Source: Hypanus sabinus
Lineage: Eukaryota
Direction of reading: 5' to 3'
Assembly (NCBI RefSeq): GCF_030144855.1
Contig: NC_082717.1
Span: forward strand, 104,966,001 to 105,030,000
DNA length: 64,000 nucleotides
Made by a program: the position numbers and the translations under genes. Below the pieces are notes generated by a model. That model saw only the letters and a list, made by a program, of their open reading frames with translations. It searched no databases and had not been told where the DNA came from. Positions 12,936 through 25,430 of the stretch are shown here, piece after piece. The number at the start of each line of letters is the position of its first letter. Within the stretch, counting starts at the first letter, position 1.

Positions 12936-13149
12936 TGTGATGACCCACTTTCTGCGCAGGCAAACCGGCTCACAAATAGCCAGCGCGTGGCGGGAGACTT
13001 TGGTAATACACCTCTGACATCATTTCTGCCCAGAGAGGGCGGGCGCTAAGGATTAAATGCCAGCGCCACAAAGTTTGAATAAACTAGTCTCGAAACGACT
13101 TAGCGACTGCGTGTCGTTATTTCAGCGCTGTGTGTAGCACATCGCTACA
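12936..13149 (+). repeat. 3' LTR of the Gypsy element (214 bp)
   Basis: TGTGATGACC...ATCGCTACA after the polypurine tract; roughly 90% identical to the 5' LTR by eye. Confidence 0.95.
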
Positions 13150-13699
13150 ATACACAGATGCACAAATAAAGGAACAGAAGCACAGCCCAAAAAGTCAAGT
13201 GTTTCATTTCTGTCCACTGAGGCTGCCTGACTATGAGTTCCTCCAGCTTTTTTGTGTGTTTCTCAAGATTTCCAGCATCTGCTGGATTTTGTGTCTCCAT
13301 TGTGCCCAGTGTATTTATGTAGGTAACTGGGATGCACTGCAGGAAAAGACACTAAAATCACTAAGTCTAGTCCCAACAAATCATGAAATAAAGATGTCAA
13401 AGTAGAGTTCTTTTGAGATGTTATGACTGAGGATTTCTAAAGCTTTCAGAACAGGGAAAAATAAACCTAGAAATTTTATGATCCCATCAGATGACAAGAT
13501 GAGATGTAAATGAAATAACGCTTTGAAATGTGGCATTTCACTTCTCTACATGATTTAGAATAAAAATGATGAACACTTGACAACACTTACACCAATTTAA
13601 AACAACAAATTTCTGCAGGCAACAAATCTATATTCAAATAACTTCTTACGAAGCCACTGATCTCCCCAAGTAAGAAGCAGGGAATCTTCCCTTACATTG

Positions 13700-14225
13700 T
13701 AGTTTTATAGAACTCTGATTAGGTCGTATCTGGAGCATTGTCTTCAGTTCTGGTCACCCCATTACATGAAAGATGTGCAGCCTCTGGAGAAGGCACAGGA
13801 AGCTGCTTATATTAGACGGCATGTGCTTTAAGAAGAGGTTGGACAATTTAGAGCCATTTTCTCTGGAACACTGGAGACTGAGGGGCGACATGGCAGACAT
13901 TTATATGACTCTGAGAGACGCAGATAGCTGGTATTCTTTTCCACTGGTCTGAAATGTCCAGTACTAGAGGGTGTGAACTTAAGGTGAGAGAGGGAATGTT
14001 TAAAGGAGATGTAAAGGCCAAGAATTTGTATTTTTTTAAAAATAGTGTTAGGAGCGCACAACTAGGACTGGTAGCAGAGACAAATAAAGCTCTTAGATGG
14101 ACACACAAATGGAGAAATACCAAAATTGTGAAGGTGGGTGGGATCAGCATAGTTAGAAGTTTAATTAGCTTGGCACAATGTCATTGGCTGAAGGGCCTGT
14201 TCCTGTGCTGTAGTGTTCAATGTTC
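13700..14225 (+). mobile_element. CR1 LINE 3' fragment (degenerate)
   Basis: Encodes remnants of LIRSYLEHCLQFWSPHY...LEKAQ and the CR1 3' UTR (GCTGAAGGGCCTGTTCCTGTGCTGTA). Confidence 0.7.
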
Positions 14226-15085
14226 CCAGTTCAACTAGATGCAGTTTCCCAGTGCAATCTGACAATTGATAGTAACTTTCAGCTTAGAGTGTTTCATTAT
14301 GCTACATTTTGTTATACAATAGCACTATCTGAAAATCTATAGATCATCCCTACACTGTACTTAAGTTTTTTTATATCTCACCCCCCACTGCAAGTTCTCC
14401 TTGTACCTTTTGCCGAAATATTAATTCTGGAATTTGAACTAAAGATCTCGATGAAGTTTTCAGTAATCCTAAGATATGACAGCCAACCAATAGTAAACAG
14501 TGAATAAAAGTGCAGAAGATGAAAATAATCTCTTCTTGCCAAAGCTTTGAAAGTTAGTCTTCTTAATGTTCAGATGCTTGACATTTACCAGATCTCTTGT
14601 TCACTCTAGTCAAACATCAAAAAATACTCCCAAATGATTATACACACAAACCTACAAGCTCTGATTAATGAGTTTGGCAATTAGTTGCACTTGCTAAGTC
14701 AAAATAAAGCTGACCATGTAGGAAAAACAGGAACAATGTTGTGTATAATCTGTGCAATTAGTGCAAATATGTAATACACATTTATCATCATGTACAACAC
14801 CACACAATGTTAATCATCAGCATTAGAAAGAACAAACAGAAAATGTGGTCCAAAACTGCATTTAGTCTTCATACCTTTTACATTTTTTGAACTCATACAT
14901 GTGAACTGTGGATAAAACTTAAAAACTGATCCACTGAAAAGAAATGCCACTCTTCACAGAAAACATTCAGCTTTCATCAGGGAAGTGCAAAAAAAGTTTC
15001 CTGACTGTATGAAAAATGCATCAGCTCAGTTTTCATGCATTATTAAAAATAGACCAATTATTTATAACATGAAAAACATCCTTAC

Positions 15086-15185
15086 TCTTTTTCCAAATTC
15101 ACAGGGTGGTCCTCTTTCTCTGTATCTTCACAACTCCATTTACTCTTAACACCGCAGTCATTTTGGGCTGCTGTTCTATCCAAAG
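15086..15185 (-). CDS. SENP6/SENP7: SENP6/SENP7-family SUMO protease, coding exon 2 (100 nt; (A)LDRTAAQNDCGVKSKWSCEDTEKEDHPVNLEK(D))
   Basis: tgttttcattgcag|CTTTGG...AAAAGA|gtaagg; open in phase 1 to phase 2, matching both neighbouring exons; resembles human SENP6 ALARSESKRDGGFKNNWSF...DKD (recalled). Confidence 0.82.
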
Positions 15186-15651
15186 CTGCAATGAAAACAA
15201 TGTTTAAACAAAAAAAAAATCAACCACATCCTTTCACTTTAAAGTGCAAGTCCATTAGGTAGAAAATGCCATTCTACAGTGTCAACATACAAATATAGTC
15301 ACAATGAAAATCCAGCCTATGTTTTACCAACTTCTACAGAAAAATAATTCTCATCAACCCATTTAGTTCATCACCTCCCATCACTTCGTTACATGTGAAC
15401 AAACATATCTCTAGATATATTCCAAATCTGAGTGTGCAAAATCCAGAATTTTACCAACAAATGTAGATGTACTGCAATTTCAAGTGTTGAGAAAATTCTG
15501 CCATGTTAAAGTTTCTAGAGAGTTACACCCATCCACACAGAACTACTTACCAACCACAAGTGAAAACTAGTTTCATCATAAATAAACTAATGAGCTACTC
15601 GCTTACTGTGCACCAGTTACTTTTCATTGGACTACTTATTTAACATACCAC

Positions 15652-15983
15652 TTTGAGAGACATTGATCGTGTGGATAGTCAGAGGCTTTTTCCCAGGGCT
15701 GAAATGGCTAACACAAGAGGGCACAGTTCTAAGGTGCCTGGAAGTAGGTACAGAGATGTCTGGGGTAAGGTGTTGTTGTTTTTTAACGCAGAGAGTGGTG
15801 AGTGCATGGAATGGGGGGCCAGCGATGGTGGTGGAGACAGATTCGATAGGGTCTTTTAAGGGACTCCCAGATAGGTACCTGGAGCTTAGAAAAATATAGG
15901 GTTATGGGTAACCCTAGGTAATTTCTAAACTAAGTACATGTTCAGCGCAGCATTGTGGGCTGAAGGGTCTGTATTGTGCTGTA
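15652..15983 (+). mobile_element. CR1 LINE 3' end fragment
   Basis: RDIDRVDSQRLFPRAEMANTRGH...FLTQRVVSAWN, the conserved CR1 ORF2 C-terminus, then the 3' UTR. Confidence 0.8.
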
Positions 15984-16488
15984 GTGTCTTGAAAAAGTAT
16001 TCAGCTCTCACAACTATTTTCACATTTTATTGTCTCATTTTCTAAATTTAAAATATATTGAAGCAGCATTTCTGAGCTAATCCACAAAACATTGTGTAAC
16101 ATGTCAAATCAAAAGAAATTTCCAAAACCTTCAGCAAATTAAAAACCAAAATTGTGAGACTGAACAAGAATTCATCCCCTATGTAATTACTACACTTTCT
16201 CTGATGCAATACTGTAAGTTACCTTAACCAACTCACCCAATTTATAAATCACCTGAATATCCCTTCTCTCAGCAAGGTCTAGCAGAATGGTAGATTTTCC
16301 ACAGATCAAATCAAAATGAAGACAAAAGAGCATTCAAGACAAGTCAGGGAAATGATAATAGAGAAGCACAAAGCTGGGGAAGGGTACAAGACCATCTCAA
16401 AAGCACTGACATACCTCAGAGCTCAGTGCAGTCTATCGTAAAAAATAATAAAAAGAAATTAAACCACAGCCTCACAGCCTAGGTCAGA
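15983..16488 (+). mobile_element. Tc1-like transposon left arm with transposase N-terminus
   Basis: Terminus AGTGTCTTGAAAAAGTATTCA resembles the Tc1 TIR CAGTGCCTTGCAAAAGTATTCA; ATG at 16316 gives MKTKEHSRQVREMIIEKHKAGEGYKTISKAL (paired-like HTH). Confidence 0.8.
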
Positions 16489-16684
16489 CAGCGCTGAAAT
16501 AACAACACACAGTCAGTAAGTCGTTTCAAGAATAGTTTATTCAAACTTCGCGGCGCTGGCATTTAAATCCCTAGCACACGCCCTCTCTGGGTGGAAATGA
16601 CGTCAGAGGTGCATTACCAAAGTCTCCCCCCACGTGCTGGCTACTTGTGAGCCGGTTCGCCTGCGCAGAAAGTGGGTCGCCACA
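16489..16684 (-). mobile_element. Near-complete solo LTR of the same subfamily as the 9674 provirus
   Basis: Reverse complement aligns along the provirus LTR (TGTGGCGACCCACTTTCTGCGCAGGC...); about 20 bp of the LTR 3' end is missing and no TSD is seen. Confidence 0.9.
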
Positions 16685-17676
16685 CCATCTAAATATCCAA
16701 CTTCTTGCCAATATCTTGTTTATTGGCATGTTCCTGTTTAAGTGTCAGACTTTGAAATTATACCCACCTCCACCACTCCTTCGGGCAGCTCATTCTGCAT
16801 ACCAACAACTTTTGTGTGGAAAAAGTTGTCTCTCAAATCATTCCCCTCTTATTTTAATCTTGTGCCCTCTAGCTGTTGTCTCCCCCAGCCTCAGAAAAAG
16901 ACTAAGGCCATTCACTTTATCCATGTAAATAGATAAACATGCACAAGGTCATTCTTCTCCTACACTCAAAAAGACATATCTCCATGCCTTATGACAAAGT
17001 CCATGGCTCACATCCAACTGATTGAAAATTCATCTGCAATCATCTTCACCATCGTTTCATAAAATAGATTTTATCTTAATAATAAGTGAAGGGAAGAGGA
17101 AGCTCATTTCCCTCTAGTTCTTTTATGAACCATTTTAAATCTACAAGTTCTATTACAGGTTACAGGAATACCATAAAGCACTTTCAAAGCTCCACTGTGG
17201 ATCCAGATTTCAGTTTGAAAAATTAAACTCAATTAATTAAAATAAAGTTGAAGTGGTTAAAAATAACAAAGGCCAGCGATAGCAACTACAAAACTATTGG
17301 ATTACTGTTATAGCCATCTTAGCACTCCTTCTCAATCTGGACTACATGTGGCTCTAGACCCAGAATACCATGAGCAACACAGAAATCACCCAAAGAACCT
17401 CCTTTTAAGGCAATTTCTTCTTCATTACTCTAACTCAAATGAGTCATGCCCAATTTCATTCTGGATATAATACACCTTCTCCAGTTGTGTGATATCCATG
17501 CTAAAACTTAGTGCTCTAAAGAATATACCAGATAAGACCCAACAAGAGCTGTGTACAATGTTGTGAAAACTTACCTATTTTGATACTATGTGAGTTTTTA
17601 AACAAGACTTCAGAGGTGTCTTTCTGCTGGGATGGAGGCAGAGTCATCCAGGAAATGAAAATCATCAGATAGTCTA

Positions 17677-17761
17677 GATCACGGGTTCCCAACATTTTTT
17701 TTATGCCATGGACCCCTACCATTAACCGATGGGTCTGTGAGCTTCAGGTTGGCAACCTCCG
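17677..17761. mobile_element. Miniature hAT/Charlie-like MITE
   Basis: CACGGGTTCCCAAC...GTTGGCAACCTCCG imperfect TIRs, preceded by TCTAGA. Confidence 0.55.
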
Positions 17762-18324
17762 GAATAAATTAATGTGGGCAGGGAAGTTGTTTGCAAAACT
17801 GCTAACATTTTGGACAAGTGCAGGAAGCAGACATGATGCAGTCGATGTTCTGGAGGAACATTTGGGAAGGAGTGCCTGATGTGAAACAAGAACTGTTCTA
17901 GATTAACCACCATTTTCTAAAGAATACCCAACTTTTACAAAAGTTAAGATGAATTTCTCAACTACCTATCCCCTCTATCCTCTTCTATCATGTATTTAGT
18001 GGTATTTTGAAAAATATTTTGTAAACATTAATACAGCAAAACATTTCACTTCCAAATTTTCAAGCAAAGGAGATCATGTTATAAATGCAATAACTTGGAC
18101 ATGCAGCCACTCTGTAATTGTAAGACATCCAATCTATTAGTTTCTGCTGCGTACTTATGGCAATTCTGTTAAACTAAATAAAAACTAACTTGAAACAATG
18201 TGACTCCACAACAAATCAAATTCTGCTCCTCTTGGATCCCCCATGGGCTGAAGCAAAGCTACATGGGAAAAGGTACAGGACATAGCTGATTACAAAATGA
18301 CATTTTCCACAAATTTCTTAAACA

Positions 18325-18452
18325 CAAGATTCTGCAGATGCTGGAAATCCAGAGTAACACACTCAAAATGCTGGAAGAACTCAGCAGGTCAGGCAGCCTC
18401 TATGGAGAAGAATAAAGAGTTGACAAATCAGGCTGAGACCCTTCATCAGGAT
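18325..18452 (-). ncRNA. Penelope pseudo-LTR fragment with a degenerate minimal hammerhead ribozyme
   Basis: Minus strand CCTGATGA-AGGGTCTCAGCCT-GATTTGTC; the GAAA core is mutated to GATT. Confidence 0.6.
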
Positions 18453-19170
18453 CTTTCATCACAAATTTCTTCCATGGAGCACAAGCAATACAGCAGTCAA
18501 ATGACTTTCAGACACATGATGCAGCAAAACAACAACACTACATGATCCATTTATACAAGCAGGGTGAAACCAAAGTGTGGGACAAAATATGTCAAAAATC
18601 TAATACCACCTTGGGTTTATGGAAACACCTGCTCCTTTTTCAAAAGACTTTCTCCATGTTAGCTTTCCAAGTTGAATGTATCAACAGAAAATGCAGATAA
18701 ATTGTGACAGCAGAGATCAGTACTTTTCAATACTCTACATCATTCTGATGGAGCAGTTTGAGCCTGTATACAAAGCATTTAATTCTGTAATTAGATACTG
18801 CAATATTTATTGTAGATCTTCACAAACTCAAATAATGCTGCCATCTGTCACATGTACAACCTGGGGATGAACTGAAACAGTTCTGGGTTACCGCACAAGA
18901 CAAGTCTCTCCCTCACAAATTTTTTGTCCATTCTCCTCCCCGTAATGTGAGTTTCAAACTTTTAAGGAAAAGTTCAGAGTTTATTTAGCCAGACTAAATT
19001 CAGAGTGCAGGTTCACATCCATCCAAACTCCTATTTCAGTTCAGCACTATTTCGCAACTCAGGTACTCTGCACTATCATGTACATTACAATCCTATGGTT
19101 CTGTTTCAAGGGACTATGAAGAGCTTTCCAAGATGCTGTAGCTAATGTTTATCCCTCAGCAAAACTTATA

Positions 19171-19536
19171 CAGTCAGTGGTCACTTTATTAGGTACATCT
19201 GTAATCAGCCAATCATGTGGCAGCACCTCGATGCATAAAAGCATGCGGACTGGCTCGAGGTTCACTGGTTGTTCAGACCAAACATCAGAATGGGGAAGAA
19301 ATGTGACCTAAGTGACCTTAACTGCAGAACGATTGTTGGTGCCAGATGGAGTGATTTGAGTATTTCAGAAACAGTTGATATCTTGCTACTTTCGAAGGCG
19401 ACAACATCTCAAATAACCACACGCTACTACAGTGCTGTGTAGGACAGCATCACTGAATGCACACGTCAAACCTTAAAGTGAATGGGCTGCAACAGTAAAA
19501 ACCACAGGAGGTATCTAATAAAGGGGCCACTGAGTG
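19171..19536. mobile_element. Tc1/mariner non-autonomous element
   Basis: TA|CAGTCAGTGGTCACTTTATTAGGTAC...TATCTAATAAAGGGGCCACTGAGTG|TA; same family as 38628-39163. Confidence 0.8.
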
Positions 19537-19829
19537 TATATCACATCACTGTTAGTGAGATTCCACTGGGTGAAAAGCGGCTGTTACATTTCCAACTTCA
19601 TTTCAATCATTGCACTTCAAATTACAGAGCAGGAGGAGTTCAGCAGGTCGGGCACTATCTCTGGAGGGCAATAAACGGTTGATGTCTCGAGCCAACTTTC
19701 CCACCCCCCTCAATAGAAACTGCTTGACCTGCTGAGTTTACATAGAACGTAATAGGCCTGTATTGTGCTATCAGCCCATGATGTTGTGCAACCTTTTAAC
19801 CTGCTCTAACATTATGATAACCTAAGGTT

Positions 19830-20115
19830 ATTTATTTAGCTACTAAGCTACAACATGGAATAGGACCTTCCAGCCCTTCAAACTGTGCCACCCAGCAACT
19901 TGTGATTGAACCCCAGCCTAATCACAGAACAATTTACAATGACCAATTAACCTATTAACTGGTATATCTTTGGACTATAGGAGGAAACTGCAGCACCCAG
20001 AGGAAAATCATACAGTCATGGGGAGAGCGTACAAACTCTTTATCGACAGCAGCAGGAAGTGAACCTAAGTAGCTGGTAAAGGACCATGCTAACCACTACG
20101 CTACTGTGCTGCCGC
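19830..20115 (-). mobile_element. tRNA-derived V-SINE (HE1-like)
   Basis: Reverse complement matches the SINE at 23259 (GGCAGCACAGTAGCGTAGTGGTTAGCA head, V-domain, AAATAAATAA tail). Confidence 0.75.
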
Positions 20116-21216
20116 ACAGTAGAGATTACTAACTCTGACATGGGAAAGTCCATTCTTCAAAGTCTGACAGCTTGCTGTGACAAACATGACATCAGTAAGG
20201 GCACAACTGGGCAGTGGCATTTGACTGCAGGAGCTTCAATGGCCATTGTGTATTGCAGACACATCTCACAAAAGGCCAACACAGATCATTTTTGGCAATC
20301 AAGTATATCCCAGGAAAGAAATGTATATAGAATTTGACGGACCTTTCCTCACAATAGCCCATTGAAACCAACTATACACAGCCTTTGTATGTGACCCCCC
20401 CCCCACTCCTCTAACTTTTTATTCATGACCCCTCCTATAATTTACCCAGCATCCATCTAAATAAATATTGAAAGGACGTTAGAGGAAATCCACAGGATAA
20501 AACCCACCCTACACCTCAGACACCAGTGTCGTGTCAGTGTTGGCTCTGGATTGCCAACATCTGCAGAAACACTTGCGTTTAAAAGTACATAGCTGCTGTG
20601 GCATCTGAACATTCTAATGCATTACAGGGCACAGCCTCAGAATAGAGACACATCCCTTTGGAACAGAGATCAGGAGGAATTTGCTTAGCTAGAGGGTGGT
20701 GAATCTAAGGTTCATTGCCACAGCAGCTGTGGGTATATTTGAAGCAGAGATCGATGTGTTCTTATTTAGAAAGGGTGTCAAAATTTATGTGGAGAAGGCA
20801 GGAAGATGTGGTTGAGAGGGATAATAAATCAGCCATAATCAAGTGACTCAGTGGGTCAAAGGGCCTAACTCTGCCTCATGTCGTATGATCTAATACCTAT
20901 AATCTCAACCTATAACTGCATTGAAGTCCTTGAGGTGAACATCTGGCAGAGAAGTAACATGTACCAAATATGATGCCATTCATTTTGCACAACCCCTCTT
21001 GACAAATCAAACCCTCATTATTCCTTCACCACCACCTTTCCCGAATGAGGGCAGGTCACCAGTTCCCCCAGTGTATAATGCTAAAAATCACTGACACAAC
21101 AATCCTTCTGAACTGGAAAATGAGAAGCAATTGACAGTTGTGGAGAAGGAGAGGACATTCAGATCACATTAAAGAGGACATCAAACATTCTGAAAGTTTA
21201 AGATTGAAATTACCAC

Positions 21217-22013
21217 TGTTACGCCTGTGGCCCCCTCCTTTTTGAGAATCGCTATTGATTTGGGTCAGGAGACCCAGGAAATGAGAGAGAGACACGCAGA
21301 TTCCTCAACGTTTGGAATGTGTCCTGGGCCTCCGAGAGACAAAGCCACGGTTAACGGCCATTATCTCTTGGAGATGGAGTTGTGTATTGAGTACTGTACT
21401 ATTCATCGAAGCCCCCAGGCAATGAACCGAGGGGGGGGGGGGTGGAGGGATTGCATCATCCCAACCTGATTGACATCTGAGACCCTGTGAGTCAGGATAA
21501 AAGAGGGTCTGGGGAACTGCCCCTTCAGACGCACCAGAAGAAACACTACAAATCCTGTAACAGCATAATAACGAAAGCCAGTGGAAAGCCACATGCGTCC
21601 TTTTCCATTTGCCTTGGAATTGGTGGCCCTTGCCACGGAAGAACGGCTTTAGCTAACAACAAAGGATAAATCAGCCCCAACAACTCTTGAAGGATCGACG
21701 TCATAAAAGGAATGGGCAAGTTTTAATCCGTTTCTCTCTCCAACCAAAAGCTGCAGCTTGAATGTACTTGAGTGACTTTTATATTTCCATCGGACAATAC
21801 ATTATCCCCTAGACAACGATAGAGCTATTTCTTATTGATTATTATTATACCCGCGCTTTTAGATTTAGTATTGACGACGTATATTATATGTAGGTTTGAA
21901 TTGATATTATTTTTGTGTATTTTTATCAATAAATACCATTAAAAATAGTACCATCAGACTTCAACGGACCTCTATCTTTGCTGGTAAGTGACCCAGTTAC
22001 GGGGAACGTAACA
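21217..22013 (+). mobile_element. Solo LTR (797 bp) of an ERV- or Gypsy-like element
   Basis: Perfect terminal inverted 7-mers TGTTACG...CGTAACA; flanks CCAC/CCAT (4-bp TSD, one mismatch); GATAAAAG TATA-like box near 21496; AATAAA at 21928. Confidence 0.8.
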
Positions 22014-23258
22014 CCATTAACTGTTAACAACCTTCAGAACATGGAAACACCATATTGCTGAGGAAAACAGAAAGCAAATAGATGAATGGGGAAAAATTTT
22101 ACTCCTCCAACCAACATCTGTCTTTGACAGTGTGTAAACTGCAGTCAGGATCACAGAAGAGAATTCTCTCGGTAAGTAGATCGGATGGCACCTAATCGTG
22201 GTCTAGTATGGAAACACTAAAGCCCTTGAATGGAAAAGTAGTGGATATGGCTCAGTCCATCACAGATAAAGCTCTCCCCACCACTGAACACATCTACACA
22301 GAGCGCTATTGCATAGAAGTAGCAGCCATCATCAAGTACTTCCACAATCCAGGCCATGCTCTCTTTTTGCTGCTGCATCAGGAAGGTGGGACAGAAGCCG
22401 CAGAATCCCCACCACCATATTTTAAAAAAAGTTATTACCCCTCAGTCATCAGGCTCTGGAACCAGAGGGGATAACTTCACTCGCCCAACACTGAACTGTT
22501 CCCACAACTTACAGACTCACCTTCAAGGACTCTTCGTCTCATTCTCTTCACACTAATTTATTATCATCATTATTGTTACCTTTTTCTTTTTGTATTTGTA
22601 CAGTTTGCTGTCTTTTGCACATTGGTTGTTTATCCACCTTGTTGGGTGTGGTCTTTCACTGATTCCATTGTGTTTCTTATACTTACTGTGAATGCCCACA
22701 AGAAAATGAATCTCAGGATTGTATGTGGTGATATATATGGACTTCGAAAACAAAATTACTTTGAGCTTCACTTGGGACATCGATTTTCTACAAACAGCAC
22801 AGTTACAGTTCTTATAATTGTCCTGAGATTTGTACATTGAAATTGTCAAAACAAACAGCAAGACAATCTCTCAGACTGAAAGTTGATATCTGATGACATA
22901 AAAGAATAAAGCAAATTAGTCACTGCCCTCTCCAAAGACTTCTTCCAACAAGTTGACACGAACCATGCGAATGCTTTTGGGCTGCAAAAAACAATGACTG
23001 CAAATGTGCAAGAGGATAGAACCACAGTCTTGAGGGCGGTAGTAATTCTAAATATTTGTATGGGCAAAGTTAAAGAGCTTTCAAACACATATTAACTTGT
23101 TATTTCGATGCTGTAAGAGCAACTTCGTCAGACAAACATGGCCTCATCAAATGAGTAGTAGTGCAACCACTCAAATTGAGTATGATATTCTCCTTAAGGG
23201 GTTATCTATTAGTGGGTCCTCAGGTGGCTGTAGAAGCCAATACAAAGTCCACATGAGG

Positions 23259-23503
23259 ACGGCACAGTAGCGTAGTGGTTAGCACAATACATTTCAGTAC
23301 CAGGGACCAGGGTTCGACTCCCTCAAAGTTTGTACGTTCTCCCCATGACCACGTGTTTCCTCTGTGCGCTCTGGTTTCCTCCCTCAGTACAAAGACATAC
23401 TGGTTGATGGGTTAATTGATTATTGTTAAAATGTCCCATGATTAGGCCAAGGTTAAATCGGGTGTTGTAAGGGCCTATTCCCTACTGTATCTCAATAAAT
23501 AAA
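23259..23503 (+). mobile_element. tRNA-derived V-SINE (HE1-like)
   Basis: A-box TAGCGTAGTGG, B-box GGTTCGACTCC, V-domain GTTTGTACGTTCTCCCC...GGTTTCCTCCC, tail AATAAATAAATA. Confidence 0.85.
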
Positions 23504-24414
23504 TACTCTGATGCAATGTGAGTCAGGCTACATAGAAGAACGCAAACTCAAAATTATTCTATAACATTCAAACCACTACAGTTGAACCAGATGCATCACA
23601 ATGCCTTAGACATAGCAGTAATTATGATGGAAAGACCATCAGCACTGTAATCATTAAATCAACCCTAATCTCTGCTGTATTCAAAGCAAAAATGCACAAA
23701 TCCACAAGTTCACCCTCTCCTCATGTTGATCTGTTCTTCTCATAGCACTTAACATCTAATAGAGAAAATCTTTTTGCAATCACCTAATTGACACAAACTT
23801 CAATTTTTTTGGCACTTGTCTTGCAAGGAACTTCACCTATATCACTGACTTTTTTTTTAAAAAAACAACAAAAAAGCCAAAACACCAAATACCTCATAGA
23901 CCTTTACAAAGTCATGCACACAAATTTCTTCCTACAATTATTTCAAAACTGCATTTTTTAAATAATAACGTTTAGTAATTGTGATATAACACACACAAAA
24001 TGCTGCAGGAACTCAGCAGACCAGGCAACATCCACAGAAAAGAGTAAACACGGAAAAGTTCCTCCAATATTTCCTGTGTACTTCGGATTTCCAGCATCTG
24101 CAGATTTTCTCATGTTTAATAGTTGTGATATTGCAGCATAGTTTTTATTTAAAGGTGAGCAAGTCCTTATCATTACACTATCTACAAAAGGTTTACACCA
24201 GTTTAAAATCTGAAGCTTCATTTAATTCCCGAGGTGCAGTGGGAATTCTTCATCACGGCTGCCAGTTGGAGCTGCTTCATGGCCACACAATACAGATCCC
24301 CATACAAATATTTGCAAAATCATTATCGGGAAAGAGGAATAAAGACTGTATAATCAGCCTTTATTCATCACCTACAGTACTGGCACACATTCAAAGACAC
24401 AGCTGCCAGCCTAA

Positions 24415-25430
24415 ATGAGTTACGTCACCACCATCAGCAAGTATGTTGAGGACTGTGTACCAAAGAGGACAATCCGGGTGTTCCCAAACCAGAAAACTGT
24501 GGATGAACAAGGAGATTAACTCCCTGCTTAAGTGTAAGACTGCAGCATTCAATTAGGTGAGTTTGACCTATAGGAGAAATTGATGTACAATTTCAATAAG
24601 TCACTTTTATTGTCATTTCAACCATAACTGCTATGTACAGTACATAGTAAAAATGAGACAACGTTTTTCAGGACCATGGTGTTACATGACACAGTACAAA
24701 AACTAGACTGAACTACGTAAAAAAGAGGCAAAAAACCAACTACACTAGACTACAGACCTTTTCAGGACTGCATAAAGTGCACAAAACAGTGCAGGCATTA
24801 CTATCAGGGACTATAAAACCATCAGGGATGCCTAGGGATAGTAGCAATCCAAAATAGAGTCCCAGATCAAACCTCAACAGTTGTGACGGAGCTTACATGC
24901 TACAGTGGAGGTGCAAAACAAAGTCAAATAGCATCACCAAAAGCAATACATCTTCCCAATGACCTCAACACATTCTACACGTTTTGAAGAGAAAGGAGAT
25001 CACTACCCAACCCCAACAGCCTCCAACAGTTACCAATGCAGACACAAGATCGGTCTTCTGGAGAGTGAACCTGTGGATAATGTCCCTGGACGTGAGCTTA
25101 AATGCTGCGTAGATCAGCTGGTGGGAGTATCTGCAGACATATTTAATGTTTACAGTCTGAGGTTCACACCTGCTCTAAGAAAACCACTATCATGCTGGTA
25201 CCCAAGAAAAACAATGTAACGTGCCTTAAGAATACTCCCACAACACCCCCCCCCCCCCCCCACTGGTTCTGACATCTATCATTATAAAGTGTTTTAAGCT
25301 GGTCAAAGCGTGCATTATCTCCTGCCTCACAGACAATGTTGATACATTGCTATTAGCTTAACACTGAAACAGGTCTACAGTGGACGCTCTCTCCTCTGCT
25401 CATCTCTATAACATCTGGACAATAAAGACA
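24415..25430 (+). mobile_element. Rex1/Babar-type LINE fragment (degenerate, with insertion)
   Basis: PVDNVPGRELKCCVDQLVGVSADIFN, homologous to the Rex1 segment at 46860. Confidence 0.7.

Larger units (their letters stand above)
9674..13149 (+). mobile_element. Ty3/Gypsy LTR retrotransposon, CsRN1 clade, defective (frameshifts, internal deletion)
   Basis: Two LTRs; TSD ATAC (9670-9673, 13150-13153); tRNA-Trp PBS; G-rich PPT at 12924-12932; gag CX2HX9CX3C; protease LVDTAAEIS; RT YLDD; integrase core motifs. Confidence 0.95.

Noticed and set aside
23259-23325. tRNA gene
   Set aside because: The A and B boxes belong to a SINE head that continues into a V-domain and A-rich tail; there is no full cloverleaf.
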